The notes beneath the pieces were generated by a model. The model was not told where the DNA came from, did not search any database, and saw only the letters and a program-made list of their open reading frames with translations. Source: Octopus bimaculoides (taxonomy: Eukaryota). From it: 63,943 nt of DNA. The translations under genes were made by a program, and so were the position numbers. The stretch spans positions 45,790,794 to 45,854,736 of the forward strand of contig NC_068996.1 in the NCBI RefSeq assembly GCF_001194135.2, in the 5' to 3' direction. Below, one piece after another: positions 40,686 through 53,636 of the stretch (position 1 is the first letter of the stretch; every line of letters starts with the position of its first letter).

Positions 40686-42154
40686 AATATATATATATAT
40701 ACACACATGCACACATATAAATACACACACACAAACACATGCGCGCACGCACATACATAAATATGTACAGCTTTCTGTACACTTCGACTGTATTACCCCA
40801 TCCACTTATGACAGGCAGTATTGATCCTTTTAGAGATTATCTGGATTATTCTGGCCCACACTTTAGCCCTATTCTCTCACTTTCATGCACTCTCTTCACA
40901 ACCAAGTAACCACTGCATCCATGCAACAACTGTTTTATTGTATTTTGTCCACACATACATCTACAGTATCCACGATGAAACATTTTCTGTATTCCAACTC
41001 ATTAATCGCCAATTTGCTGTTTTAAGTATTTTTCCAATCACGTTGTACAATGTGGATCAAGCCACAAACCCATGATGCTCTGCCTCAACTGTTGGTACCA
41101 TCCATTATGGTATCTCCATGCCGATTGAAATGTCATTATTTTAGGTTCTTTCACTATATACTATCTTCCTGTAATACCATCGATTAAACAAAACGCTTCT
41201 TCTCAAACCAGATCACGTTATGAAGTCAGTGTTGACATGATAGTGCAGTACGGCTTGAGAACACGATCGCTTTCAACAAATCTAGTTGTACCCTTCCAGT
41301 CATCGGCTCTTCGCAGAAGTATGGGTGTTGGCTTTATTTGGATCCACCTTCTCTATTACTTTTTTCCACTTTCTTTGTGCAAAAGAAAAAAAACCATCAC
41401 CATATTCGTGTTGATCTTCATTAAGCACTCTCTGCTACATTGTTGTCTATGTGCTTTATCAAACACACTCAGAACTTAGTTATGCTAACAGGTATACTTT
41501 GAAGTAAGATGCTTTAGTTACTCTCAGAACATGTCCCGAAAATATGTAACTTACCGCGCAGATGACGTTCAGAAGAGTAACTCCAGCACTCCGTTTGATA
41601 TTAACCAGGTATGAAAGCACATATGCTGCTCTGTGTAGGAAAAGCAACCCGTCTTATTTTGTTTTTCATAACTTCATAACATACTCCGTTTAAGCCCCAT
41701 TGACCCTTTAAGCCCAATTTCTCATTTGAACGCCCCCTTTTTTTATTAATAAGAATTTCCATCCTGCTCTTGATTTACTGACGGAATAACCACTTGTCTA
41801 TTCCAGTCTGGTTGTGTTCTTTGGACCGCATTTATCATCTCGCCCATCCTTCACTTGCAGGTTGGTTCCTGCCAACTCTCCTACTTTTCTCACGTTCTAT
41901 TTCCTTACTATCAATACACTTGGTTAGGCTGCACGAACAACGGAATCCCCTGAAACCTGTAGTATCGTTTATTAACGAAATTTGCAACCACATAATGCAG
42001 CTCTACCGGTGATGTTATAGGCAACTGGGGTTTTGTGGTAGAACCATGTACTCTTACTTGTGTAAAGATTGACGGGAAACCAAGCCACTCTTGTAGAAGC
42101 TACTAACACAATTTTCTATTCTCTTCACTTCATTTATGATAGTTCATATATATA

Positions 42155-42560
42155 GGCGCAGGAGTGGCTGTGTGGTAAGTAGCTTGCTTACGAACCACAT
42201 GGTTCTGGGTTCAGTGCTACTGCGTGGCACCTTGGGCAAGTGTCTTCTACTATAGCCTCGGACCGACCAAAGCCTTGCGAGTGGATTTGGCAGACGGAAA
42301 CTGAAAGAAGCCCGTCGTATATGTATATGTATATATATGTGTATGTGTGTGTGCGTGTGTTTGTGTGTCTGTGTTTGTCCTCCTAACATCGCTTGACAAC
42401 CGATGCTGGTATCTTTACGTCCCCGTAACTTAGCGGTTCGGCAGAAGAGACCGATAGAATAAGTACTAAGCTTACAAAGAATAAGTCCTGGGGTCGATTT
42501 GCTCGACTAAAGGCGGTGCTACAGCATGGCCGCAGTTAAATGACTGAAACAAGTAAAAGA
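42155..42560 (+). mobile_element. tRNA-derived SINE, family A, full-length and best-preserved copy, with an internal microsatellite
   Basis: 5' GGCGCAGGAGTGGCTGTGTGGTAAG (A box), GGTTCAGT (B-box-like), central (AT/GT)n, 3' ...CAGCATGGCCGCAGTTAAATGACTGAAACAAGTAAAAGA. The same sequence recurs more than 15 times in the window. Confidence 0.85.
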
Positions 42561-44846
42561 TATCTGGAGAAGCCATTAGATTTTCAGTTAAATGTCATAT
42601 TGCTAAATTAGGCTTAGTTCCCAATTCTCATCTAAAGGTGAGAAGTAAAGGTAACCCCCCCCCAAAAAAAATAATAAATAAATAAACAGAAAATACGTAC
42701 AGAATTAAAATGTGATACTCCTCATNNNNNNNNNNNNNNNNNNNNNNNNNNNNNNNNNNNNNNNNNNNNNNNNNNNNNNNNNNNNNNNNNNNNNNNNNNN
42801 NNNNNNNNNNNNNNNNNNNNNNNNNNNNNNNNNNNNNNNNNNNNNNNNNNNNNNNNNNNNNNNNNNNNNNNNNNNNNNNNNNNNNNNNNNNNNNNNNNNN
42901 NNNNNNNNNNNNNNNNNNNNNNNNNNNNNNNNNNNNNNNNNNNNNNNNNNNNNNNNNNNNNNNNNNNNNNNNNNNNNNNNTATATATATTTATTACTGCT
43001 TTTCCAAGAAAGTAACAATGACTTTGTATTTTGATACTGGATATCACTTTTTTTCTCTTTTTTTTTTTTTTTTACGTATAGCATATCGTATCAGAACGAC
43101 TTTGATGTGTCCACCGCTCATACAAAGTCATTTTGATTTTATCAAGTAAAAATAAACTTAGTCTCTGAAACTTAATACATTAATATATAGTGTGTGAGAA
43201 GGCATACAACCTGTGGGTGTTGACTCTTTTGTTCTGCCCTTTGACCTGATATAGGGGTGGACGTTATTTTTCCCACTCATATGGATTCAACATGTCGTGC
43301 TACTATTACAGGTATTTAAATTACCGACTCTTTAAGAGCGAAAGCTATTAAATTTAACTATAATAAGATCTGGACTGTGAGTTCGAATTCCTTTTTCAAA
43401 GCAATTTATCCTCTTTTCTACGGTTATAACAATTACCCTTTTTATTTATTTACTTCGGTTTCTCGTAACAATTGAAATAGGATATGATTTAAGGTTAACA
43501 ATCTCATCAGTTATAAATACCCCAAGTCCATGTTAGCTAGTGTAACCTGATCGAGCAGTCAACCCAATGATCAAATGTGTTTAAACCGTGGTACTTCTAT
43601 TTTTCCCAAGGCTATCTAAGAGTACATCACTCAATGCGCCTTAGCTCTGCGACGAAATATTTTCAAAGACATTTGCCTAGTTTTTCTAATTGTTCGAGAG
43701 ATCGCCTTGACCAAGGGTTCCTAAGCACCACCGGGTCACAGACCAGCATCTGGCCGTGGATTATTTGGTACCGGGCAGCAGAGCAAGAATACATTTTAAA
43801 ATTTCAGTTCTATTTTATTGACTATCGCAGCTGTGCACGATGTCCTTGCGCATGGCCTAGCAGTTAGGGTGTTGCATGCACGATCACTAGGCCATGGATT
43901 CGATCCACGGACCGGGCGACGTATTATATTCTTAAACAAAACATTTCATTTACGGTTGCTCTGCAGGTGGGAGATGTCTGAATCGTTGACGCCTTAGCAG
44001 AGATGCTTTACAGTATATCTTCCGGCTCTTTATGTTCTGAAGTCAAACCCCAACCTTCTTGGAGAAGGCAACAAGAAACCACTCCAGTATTTATTCCAAG
44101 TCTAGTCATGATAGCCAAAGTTCCAGTAATCTACTTAACAGCAGCAGTGGAGGACACGCTCTCTCCTAGGTGTATAGAGAGAGTGCTGGAGAAGGTTATC
44201 GTGCACAGTGGTGGTTTGCTCTTGGCAGACCACCACTAGTTTGTATAAATTGGTAGATAGATAGATACTAATTAAATTATATATTACACACATTGTTTTG
44301 TTATGCACATGACAGCACCTCCATCCCCATCCGGACCGTGGTACAAAAACAGGTTGGGAACTGCTGGTATGGAGGATGAAATGCATTGTAAAAAAACAGT
44401 TGTCATTTAATATATCATTTCTAAACATGTCTTTTTTCCCTTATCCAGGAACTAACTCGATATATCGTTGGTGAAATAAAAAAAAAACATCGAATAAAAC
44501 TACATTATATCTTTCATACTTTCCTTTAGAAATATTGTTGAATTTAAAAGTATGAACCCAGAAGAAATCTACAGCAATTTGCATAGTTTATATTGCTCAA
44601 AATATTGATCAACTCATATCGATCAACACATTATTGAAACTACCTCATTTGTTTATTGATTCTAGATTTTAAATACTTACTACAAGTATCCTTATCAAAT
44701 AATTACATAATCTTAGTTGAGCTCTTTTCGATTAACTTCATTATGTGAAACGTAACAGTACTTGTACTTAGCATGGAGAACGTTGAGTATTTTCCCTGCA
44801 TCCATTTTGCTAATATTCATAATCTCCACCATATTCCTACTTGATA

Positions 44847-44889
<43 letters not shown>

Positions 44890-45871
44890 NNNNNNNNNNN
44901 NNNNNNNNNNNNNNNNNNNNNNNNNNNNNNNNNNNNNNNNNNNNNNNNNNNNNNNNNNNNNNNNNNNNNNNNNNNNNNNNNNNNNNNNNNNNNNNNNNNN
45001 NNNNNNNNNNNNNNNNNNNNNNNNNNNNNNNNNNNNNNNNNNNNNNNNNNNNNNNNNNNNNNNNNNNNNNNNNNNNNNNNNNNNNNNNNNNNNNNNNNNN
45101 NNNNNNNNNNNNNNNNNNNNNNNNNNNNNNNNNNNNNNNNNNNNNNNNNNNNNNNNNNNNNNNNNNNNNNNNNNNNNNNNNNNNNNNNNNNNNNNNNNNN
45201 NNNNNNNNNNNNNNNNNNNNNNNNNNNNNNNNNNNNNNNNNNNNNNNNNNNNNNNNNNNNNNNNNNNNNNNNNNNNNNNNNNNNNNNNNNNNNNNNNNNN
45301 NNNNNNNNNNNNNNNNNNNNNNNNNNNNNNNNNNNNNNNNNNNNNNNNNNNNNNNNNNNNNNNNNNNNNNNNNNNNNNNNNNNNNNNNNNNNNNNNNNNN
45401 NNNNNNNNNNNNNNNNNNNNNNNNNNNNNNNNNNNNNNNNNNNNNNNNNNNNNNNNNNNNNNNNNNNNNNNNNNNNNNNNNNNNNNNNNNNNNNNNNNNN
45501 NNNNNNNNNNNNNNNNNNNNNNNNNNNNNNNNNNNNNNNNNNNNNNNNNNNNNNNNNNNNNNNNNNNNNNNNNNNNNNNNNNNNNNNNNNNNNNNNNNNN
45601 NNNNNNNNNNNNNNNNNNNNNNNNNNNNNNNNNNNNNNNNNNNNNNNNNNNNNNNNNNNNNNNNNNNNNNNNNNNNNNNNNNNNNNNNNNNNNNNNNNNN
45701 NNNNNNNNNNNNNNNNNNNNNNNNNNNNNNNNNNNNNNNNNNNNNNNNNNNNNNNNNNNNNNNNNNNNNNNNNNNNNNNNNNNNNNNNNNNNNNNNNNNN
45801 NNNNNNNNNNNNNNNNNNNNNNNNNNNNNNNNNNNNNNNNNNNNNNNNNNNNNNNNNNNNNNNNNNNNNNN

Positions 45872-46297
45872 CCTCCATTTGCTCCTGGAAGCGCATTTGC
45901 GACGACAGGTATACCATGTCCTCCTCCAGCACCTCCCCCTCCCCCTGGGAAGATTCCGTTTCCACCAAAAATTGGCGGTGGCGGATCAGTCCCTCAACCA
46001 CCAAGAACACTCGGAATTAACATGAACCATGCAAACACGTTGCCGCAACTAAATGTGCCTAAGCCAAAAAACAAATTAAAACCTCTACAATGGCAGAAAA
46101 TTCCAGCAAATAAAGTGATGAAAGGTCTCAACTTGTGGGCTCAAGCGGCCAAGCTTTTCAACGGGGTTAAGGTTGATTACGAAGTTATAGATGAACTGTT
46201 TTGTGTAGAACAAGTCCATCCCGACAATGATAAGACGCATGGTAAAGGCTCAAGAAATGGAAAAGCATCCAAAACTGTTAAGAAAGAAAGCACAGAG
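45872..46297 (+). CDS. INF2: INF2-like formin, FH1 polyproline tail and FH2 start (exon 5' end lies in the N gap)
   Basis: Open frame of 142 codons: PPFAPG...PPPAPPPPPG...KLKPLQWQKIP...LWAQ...VDYEVIDELF...KKESTE. It contains the FH2 lasso motif (L.W.KIP, W, I.ELF); donor GAG|GTAATT. Confidence 0.95.
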
Positions 46298-47388
46298 GTA
46301 ATTATGACCAACTCTTTTTCTTTTCTTTTTTTTAACACAGCTTTGTGTTTTTTAACTCCAGGTTAGCCTTTAAGAAGAGACTCTATGACCAGCGGTATTC
46401 TAACTGCGATCATCCATTTTTTTCCTCTTTATCCTATATATATACTTTTATTTCAGTTATAGGACTGCAATTATTCTGCATCACTTACTTTTGAAGATTT
46501 TTAATCAGTCATATCGACCTCTACTCGCCAATTATTTTTACATCAGGCACTTTCGATCTGTGCCGAACTAGCAGTTTACGAAACATAACCAAAGACTGTC
46601 TTTCTGCAAGAGAGAACAACGTAAACAGATACATACACAACAGCCTTTTTACTGCTTCCGTCTACCAATTTAAAATTCCTTAAGGCACTGGTCAGCCTGA
46701 ATCTATAGAAGACACTTGCTCAAGATGTGTCTGTAGGTCAAGCAGGACTAACCAGCGAACTTCTGGACTGCGCAGTCATGCTTGCACTCCTGTATATTTA
46801 ATCTTTTTAAGACGGCAGATGTACATGAGAGTTTCGGCTGCAATTTCTAAAAAGATCAGATATCACTTAGTTTCCCATTGGTTTTCTTAATATTTCTGAA
46901 GGTGAGTAAGCCGTCACGGCTGAAATAAGTAAATGGCAGGCGTAACACCTAATGGTTAATAACGAAGTTATTTCGAATTTGCGAATCTTTCAGTTGCGAC
47001 TTTTAAAAAATTGATCCTTCTTTCCAAAGGCAATTAGATAAAAACGCCAGTTCAGTGTTGCAACATAATCCTCAAACATTAAGGATGTTGAATGAAACAC
47101 CCATGTTTCCAAAGGTGAATTATTAAAACCCCCAAAGAATTCCTCTCAACACATGGCTATGATGCTCCCCTACTACTTCCGTTCATGATCAGAGATGCAC
47201 ATATCGTCAGCCACCAAGGGACATGCTCAACTGGTTAAGGTCAAACAACTGACAAGCAAATCTGTGGTATTAAGCAGAATATTTGCTGTAGCCCATCTTT
47301 TTATACCAAGACAAAACAATGTACATGATAGCACTTCCAGTTAGTTCAGATCGGAAGCCATGAGAGCCACTGCTCATTATTATTATAT

Positions 47389-47807
47389 CATTTGAAGAGG
47401 AAAGTGAGTGTAGAGAGGGAGGTGCTGCCTTTTGGTGTGTCTATCAAAATGTGATTGACAGTGGCAAGACTGTGGAGACTGAATGGATCTACTCTGAATA
47501 TACTTTTCTAAGCAGGAGGAAAGAAACTGAGAGAGGGCACATTCCAATGCCTTGGAGACAGCAGAGTAATCCGGGGTTTTTGTGTGGAGTTTACACCAGA
47601 TTACCCTAAATGGGTTGCCCCGGTATTGGGGATTCTATTTATTTCTTTAATTTCTATTATATATCCTCTGTTATATCATTTATTGTGGTAGTATTTCTCT
47701 TTGATTGATGTTAACCCCACGTGTCTGTTTCTTTTTTTTTTTTGTGTTGTATCTCGTCCTTCGATATTGTCCTCCATGTCTTGGGCCCTGGTGGCCAATA
47801 AAGGAAA

Positions 47808-47810
<3 letters not shown>
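47389..47810 (+). mobile_element. 3' end of a LINE (L1/Tx1-like ORF2 C-terminus plus 3' UTR)
   Basis: Decayed frame HLKRKVSVEREVLPFGVSIKM*LTVARLWRLNGSTLNILF* resembles the basic R.ER...F..RW terminus of L1/Tx1 ORF2. It is followed by a T-rich UTR, AATAAA and an (ATT)n tail. The clade assignment is inference. Confidence 0.5.
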
Positions 47811-47842
<32 letters not shown>

Positions 47843-47862
47843 AATAATAATAATAATAATAT

Positions 47863-48120
47863 TGCCTAGTGGTTAGGGTGTTGTAATCACGATCGTGAGA
47901 TCGTGATTTCAATTCCTAGACCGAGCGGTGCATTGTGTTTTTGAGCAAAACACTTCATCTCAAATTGCTCTGTAATCACTTTGACACCTGACGCGTGATA
48001 TACCTGTGTGCACCTGTTCAGACAACATCGATTTAATGCAAGGTGTGAGCTAATGTGCAGCATGAACATTTGATCATTATAAACAAATCATTTGTACAGG
48101 TCGTTCGGCGAAAAAGCTGA
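47863..48120 (+). mobile_element. tRNA-derived SINE, family C
   Basis: gcctagtggttagggtg A box, degenerate B box, then ttgagcaaaacacttcatctcaaattgctc. Related pieces lie at about 2290-2450, 21010-21215, 43845-43960 and 60545-60735. Confidence 0.6.
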
Positions 48121-48818
48121 ACATTCATACGTCGTCTTCAACAATTGCATCAACAATACTCTGTTTTGTTTCAGGGTCGAATTGCAAGTTTGCAAATACC
48201 TTCATGATTGTTTAAATCCTATTCTTTTTCGTAATCGTTCGTGGAAGACCCCTCTAACATCAAAAGAAATTTAATGGTGCTTAGCCTTTATCACATAAAC
48301 AGTGGGATAGTGTTGAATGCAATGTGCAAAGCACAATTCTAAAGTAAAAAAAAGAAATTGGCTTTGATTTGTGCTTTCGATATCTCAGCTTGTAGACGAG
48401 AAGTGTTGTTAATTCTCTATCCAGATGTCACGGCCAGAAATTCAGGACAGAAGCTGGCAAAAGTTAGGTATGGTAGTGAGCTATAGGTGAAGGAATTGTG
48501 TGGTTTCTGGCCTCTTGGGTCGCCAAAAATATCATCCTTATCATGATAAACAATGATACAACCATTAGACTTCCCCTACGCTGTGAGGTCTAAGAACTGT
48601 AGTGCTTTTGAGACTTCGTTATCGAGAAGTTTCAAATTTGAATACGAGCGGAATTTATGTACGCTATTGTTTTTAGCGCGTGCGCACCTGTGTGTGTGTG
48701 TGACTGACTGATTGAGATTTGTATGGTATTAGCGAAATTAAGTGACACCAGAGAGAACATTTCGTTGGCACTAAATTAATTGTAGTTACAAAATCTGTTC
48801 CTTCTATTTTCTTTTCAG

Positions 48819-48983
48819 ATAAATCTAATTGAGAGCAGACGAAGTTTAAATGTAAATATCTTCTTAAAGCAATTTAAAATGTCTCTCGATGAATTTTTTC
48901 TACACTTACACAATGGATCTTGTGAGAAGTTCAGTACTGAACAGTTAAAGTCCTTACTGAAGATTCTTCCTAATACTGTCGAG
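48819..48983 (+). CDS. INF2: INF2-like formin FH2 exon; INLIESRRSLNVNIFLKQFKMSLDEFFLHLHNGSCEKFSTEQLKSLLKILPNTVE
   Basis: Acceptor cttttcAG, donor GAG|GTATCT; 165 nt, phase 0 to 0. Contains the conserved FH2 motif N.NIFLKQFK. Confidence 0.95.
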
Positions 48984-49500
48984 GTATCTATCGAAACCAT
49001 CTTTTCTTACAATATTTCCACTCATCCATCCATCAATTACCGAAATGATTCTTAATAACCGCTTAAATAATCTTATTTATCCAAATCTTTGCCAGTGGCT
49101 AATTTGTTTAATTATTCCAAGGCTCGGTTTATTTATTTGAAATAATTATTTAATAATTTATGTTTCTGGATCAATTTATGGTAGAAATGGAATTCCATAG
49201 CTTTGACTGTAAGGGAATGTCCATAGCTTTGACAGCACCGAATGTGTATAGAGTAAATTTATATAAATCTTCAAATTCATCAGAACAGACGTAATCTTTA
49301 CACCTTTAAGTAAAAGTAAAACTGAAGAATCCTTTGTATTCTTTTGATTTTTCCAATAGTTTCATGTCACTGTTTTAAGCATTGCAATCATAAACTTAGA
49401 TGTAACCTAATGTAAATAATCATTATATATATATATATATATGAGAGAGAAAGAGAAAATTAATGGTACTTATATAGTGTCTGATACTTTTTAATTACAG

Positions 49501-49586
49501 ATTGAAATGTTAAAAAGTTATGAAGGGGACAAAACGAAGCTTGGAAACGCCGAACAATTTTTCCTGCGACTGATCGAATTACCGAA
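49501..49586 (+). CDS. INF2: INF2-like formin FH2 exon; IEMLKSYEGDKTKLGNAEQFFLRLIELP(N)
   Basis: Acceptor ttttaattacAG; 86 nt, phase 0 to 2; FH2 motif L..AEQFF..L. The donor AA|GTATAT is weak but is the only one keeping frame with the next exon. Confidence 0.92.
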
Positions 49587-50624
49587 GTATATTTTCTTTG
49601 TCAATATTCTGAGTGTGATTATGTATCAAAGGAATCGCTTAGTTTGATTTATATGCTTACAAGTTTGATTGTGCAAAGGAACGAAAATGTGTGTTTGTAT
49701 AGTGATGAAAAAAAAAGAAAAGCGACAGGAGAAATTTTGTTTGTAGATGAATTTGTAGTTTTATGAAGCATAGACTGAATGTTTTAGTGTAAAATGAATA
49801 GCGCTGAAAAGGAGAGCTTAATCTCTCACAGAAACGACCTGCTTTTATGCCGCTTGCTCTTTTCATTTCATGAACGCCATTTCGCTGCTTTTGAGTGTCT
49901 TTACCTTTTTTCTTCGCATTTATTGACCACATGCCTAAGGACATATTTCCCCAACCATTGTCGATCAGTGTTGGTTCGTTTACATTTTCGTGATCTAGTA
50001 GTTCGTCAAAAGAATTGGATTTTATAAGCACCAGACTAGAAACAAGTACCACAATCGGTTTACCTCAAAACTGTGCGCTAGCATGGACGCAGTACAATGA
50101 CTGTAGCAAATAAAATAATGCACACACACACACACACTGTATTTGCCAGTATATAAAAGGCAATCTCGCATAAGATGCACCCTTATTTTACAAGTATATT
50201 TTGTGGGGAAAAAAGTATTTTTAATATGTTTCATTATACACTTCTTGGAAACTATTTTAAAGTGGTTTTATATAGAGAAATGTATAATTCTGTACATGTA
50301 ACGCAATATTGTAATAGTATACTGAAATAAAAGTATCGAAAGATAACTTTATCGTAAATGAACAACGTTATACTAGTACTGCCCCAGTTTTATCTTCTTT
50401 CAGATCAATTATATAATTATTTATATTTTTCGTCATGAAAATTGTCATACAGGATGTAAAACTCACGTTACTTGTAATGTCTTGTGTAACCACGAGCATT
50501 TCACAAAATGGCGCATTACAGCTGTGCTTCTGTTTACATCCACTCTTTGCAAATGAAAATTTAGCATTCCTTTTATCTTTCTTGAAGAATTTTCCCAGAA
50601 GATAATTATAAAATGTTTCTGGGA

Positions 50625-51055
50625 CAGAAGTGGCTGTATGGTAAAAAGCTTGCTCCCCAACCACATGGTTCCGGATTCAGTCCCACTGAGTGGTACCTTG
50701 TGCAAGTGTCTTTCCTGTACTGTAGCCTCTGGCCGACCAAATCCTTGTGAGTGGATTTGGTAGACGGAAACTGAAAGAAGCTCGTCGTGTATATGTGTGT
50801 GTGTGTGTGTGTGTGCGCGCGCGCGTGCGCGCACGTCTTTGTGTCTGCTTGTCCCCCACCACCACCACCGTCCCCTCGCTTGACCATCGGTGTTTGTGTG
50901 TTTACGACCCCGTAACTTAGCGGTTCCGCAAAAGGATCCGATAGACCAAGTACTAGGTTTAAGAAACAAGTCCTGGGGTTGTTTTGTTCGACTAAAACCC
51001 TTCAAGGCGGTGCTTCAGCATGGCCACAGTCAAATGACTGAAACAAATAAAAGAA
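50625..51055 (+). mobile_element. SINE family A copy
   Basis: Head gaagtggctgtatggtaa, central (GT)n(GC)n, tail atgactgaaacaaataaaaga. Confidence 0.8.
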
Positions 51056-51452
51056 TAAAAGGAACCTGGTCATTAAATAATGCAAGAAACATCAGATGTG
51101 GGATTATGTACGCCGGGAAAGAAAGTATAACGAGATGGGACTTCTCCACGTAACTGCCAATATACTGTAAGCACTTTTTCTTTATTAGTTTGTGCAAAGC
51201 GTCTCTGATATTTTGGCTTTGTTTCCAGTAATTTGATTAATAATTAGAGAATCAAGCGGATGCATGCTCATCCGACTACCTAACTTAGAGCACACGGTCT
51301 CCCATTCCTAATGTTGCCGTATTAGACGCAGATGTATTTTGGGACACATTTAGAAACAGAGAGTAAAAAAGTCGTGCATCTTATACCGCAAGAAATGCGG
51401 TGCGAACACACACGCACACGCACATACACACATACATACACGCACACATACA

Positions 51453-51678
51453 CGAGCTGGCAGAAACGTTAGCACGCCGGGCGAAATGCTTAGCGGTATT
51501 TCGTCTACCGCTACGTTCTGAGTTCAAATTCCGCCGAGGTCGACTCTGCCTTTCATCCTTTCGGGGTCGATTAAATAAGTACCAGTTACGCACTGGGGTC
51601 GGTATAATCGACTTAATCCGTTTGTCTGTCCTTGTTTGTCCCCTCTGTGTGTAGCCCCTTGTGGGTAGTAAAGAAATA
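51453..51678 (+). mobile_element. SINE family B variant with a different 3' tail
   Basis: Near-consensus family B body followed by ...gtttgtcccctctgtgtgtagccccttgtgggtagtaaagaaata instead of the usual tail. Confidence 0.75.
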
Positions 51679-52771
51679 ACACATACACGTGCACATGTAT
51701 ACACATGCACGCACACACGCAGTACACATACATGCGCACGCATGTGCATATGCATACATGCGATAACACACACACACACACATATACATAAACACACACA
51801 TACATGTGTGTGTGTGTATGATATAATAGTAGTATATGAACTGGTAAAGGCGACGAACTGGTAGCATCGGTTAACAAGTTGGACAAAATGCTTAGTGGCA
51901 TTTCGTCCGTCTTAACAATCTGAGTTCAAATTCCGCCGAGGTTGACTTTGCCCTTAATCTTTTCGAGGGCGTTGAAATAAGTGTACTGGTGTCGTTATAA
52001 TCTACCTACACTCCCCTGCGAACTTGCTGTCCTTGTGTCAAAATTTGAAACAGTTTTCCATGAAGATTTTTGCTCGTAGACATACCAAATATTAGGTTGA
52101 CACCAGAGGGTTTTCAAATGACGTTGGTGTGAAGTTTGGATTTTGGGTAGTAAGAGCTACTTTTGTTTCAACAGGATTCTGGCACCAAAGTGATTTAATG
52201 AAGTATTAAGCAAGGTTTTAGTCTATATTATTCTTTCTCTGTTATGAAGTATATTACCAGAATAGAATCTATTACTTAAATCCTGCACAAGGAAAATTAC
52301 TGATTTAAAAGTCTCTCGCAAAAGCATACTTTCGGTGTTGTGTGTGCGTTTATATGAAATGTAAAGCAGATAGCACTACTGGTCAGAACTAATGTTATGA
52401 ATTTCTCTTCATTTAAGTTCATCAAAATTCCTTTACAATTCATTATAATAATGCTGAATAGCATAAATAGGCCGCTAATAAATTTTTCTGCAATATAAGG
52501 ATGTTCTGTCCTATTCAGCATTATTATTATTATGCGTTTGAGAATGAAATATTTCCATATCTGTATATTTCAATACAACTCAACGCTTCTAAAAAAGCAA
52601 ATTCTGTTTGTTTACATATATCGTAATTTCTTTAAAATTGTTCAGTTTTTTTTTTCTTTATTTTATATGTACCTTTTAGTAAAATTGTCGCAAATTTCAG
52701 ATGTTTTAAAACTATTTATTTATCTTTCTGTCTCTCCCTCTCTTTCTCTCTCTCTCTCTCTAAACTTGAAG

Positions 52772-52872
52772 TTACCGAGTTCGAATAGAAGGAATTTTAA
52801 TACGTCAAGAATTTGGTAGCGAGATGGAATGTGTGAAACCATCTTTACACTCAATTATAAGAACAGCTACTG
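52772..52872 (+). CDS. INF2: INF2-like formin FH2 exon; (N)YRVRIEGILIRQEFGSEMECVKPSLHSIIRTAT(D)
   Basis: AG at 52770-52771 after a CT tract; donor G|GTAAGT; 101 nt, phase 2 to 1. Matches the FH2 motif Y..RIE.....EF......KP. Confidence 0.9.
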
Positions 52873-53415
52873 GTAAGTTCCTTTTTTTTCTTCCTAATAT
52901 AGATATTCTGTATCAGTAAAAAACTAAATAGATATTTATGTTTTAGATATTTTTGCACCCTGTAAAAGATATAGACTTAGAAAAATATATTCCGAAAATC
53001 TAGTCCAGCATCCCACAGCTAAACTAATTCCATTAGTAACACTCAAGATTTCTCCATTCCTTCTCAAAGCTTCTACACCTTATCTAGACAATTAAAGCTG
53101 GAATAAGACCACTGGGCGCAGCTACTTGGACGTTGATGCTCTGGCATAGCTGACGGGACATACAGCTTGTTTTAGTGGTAGTTCTTTTTGGCACTAGAGG
53201 CAGATACACACATGCACAGAAATGTACACATACAGATAGAGAAAGAGAGGGAAAGAGAGATGCTACATCTTATTAACTGAACCCAATTGACATAAACACG
53301 TTCCTTCTCCTCACACAAAGAGAAATGGATTCACGCAAATAAAAAGAAAGAGAGAACGACTGAAACATTTACAATGTTTAATGCCAATTAAGTTTGCCAA
53401 AATATGTGCCAAAAC

Positions 53416-53602
53416 GTCTCATACTCTTCTATATTTAAGAGATGAAGAATTATGTACATTATTTACATTTGACGGATATTTGTCCTCATCTTGTTTGTTG
53501 TTAACCACTATGCCATATGCCCGTGGGCATATGGCGCAGTGGTTAAGAGCGCGGGCTACTAACCCAAAGATTCCGAGTTCGATTCCAGGCAGTGACCTGA
53601 AA

Positions 53603-53636
<34 letters not shown>

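Noticed and set aside
44762-46366. 534-aa ORF as a single CDS
   Set aside because: It reads through intron, (AT)n and a 982-nt N gap, and past the donor at 46298. Only 45872-46297 is supported.
53525-53597. tRNA gene (73 nt, A and B boxes, apparent ACT anticodon loop)
   Set aside because: The acceptor stem pairs about 5 of 7, the T stem 3 of 5 and the anticodon stem 3 of 5, and it sits inside a TSD-flanked insertion. It is a SINE-type head, not a functional tRNA.
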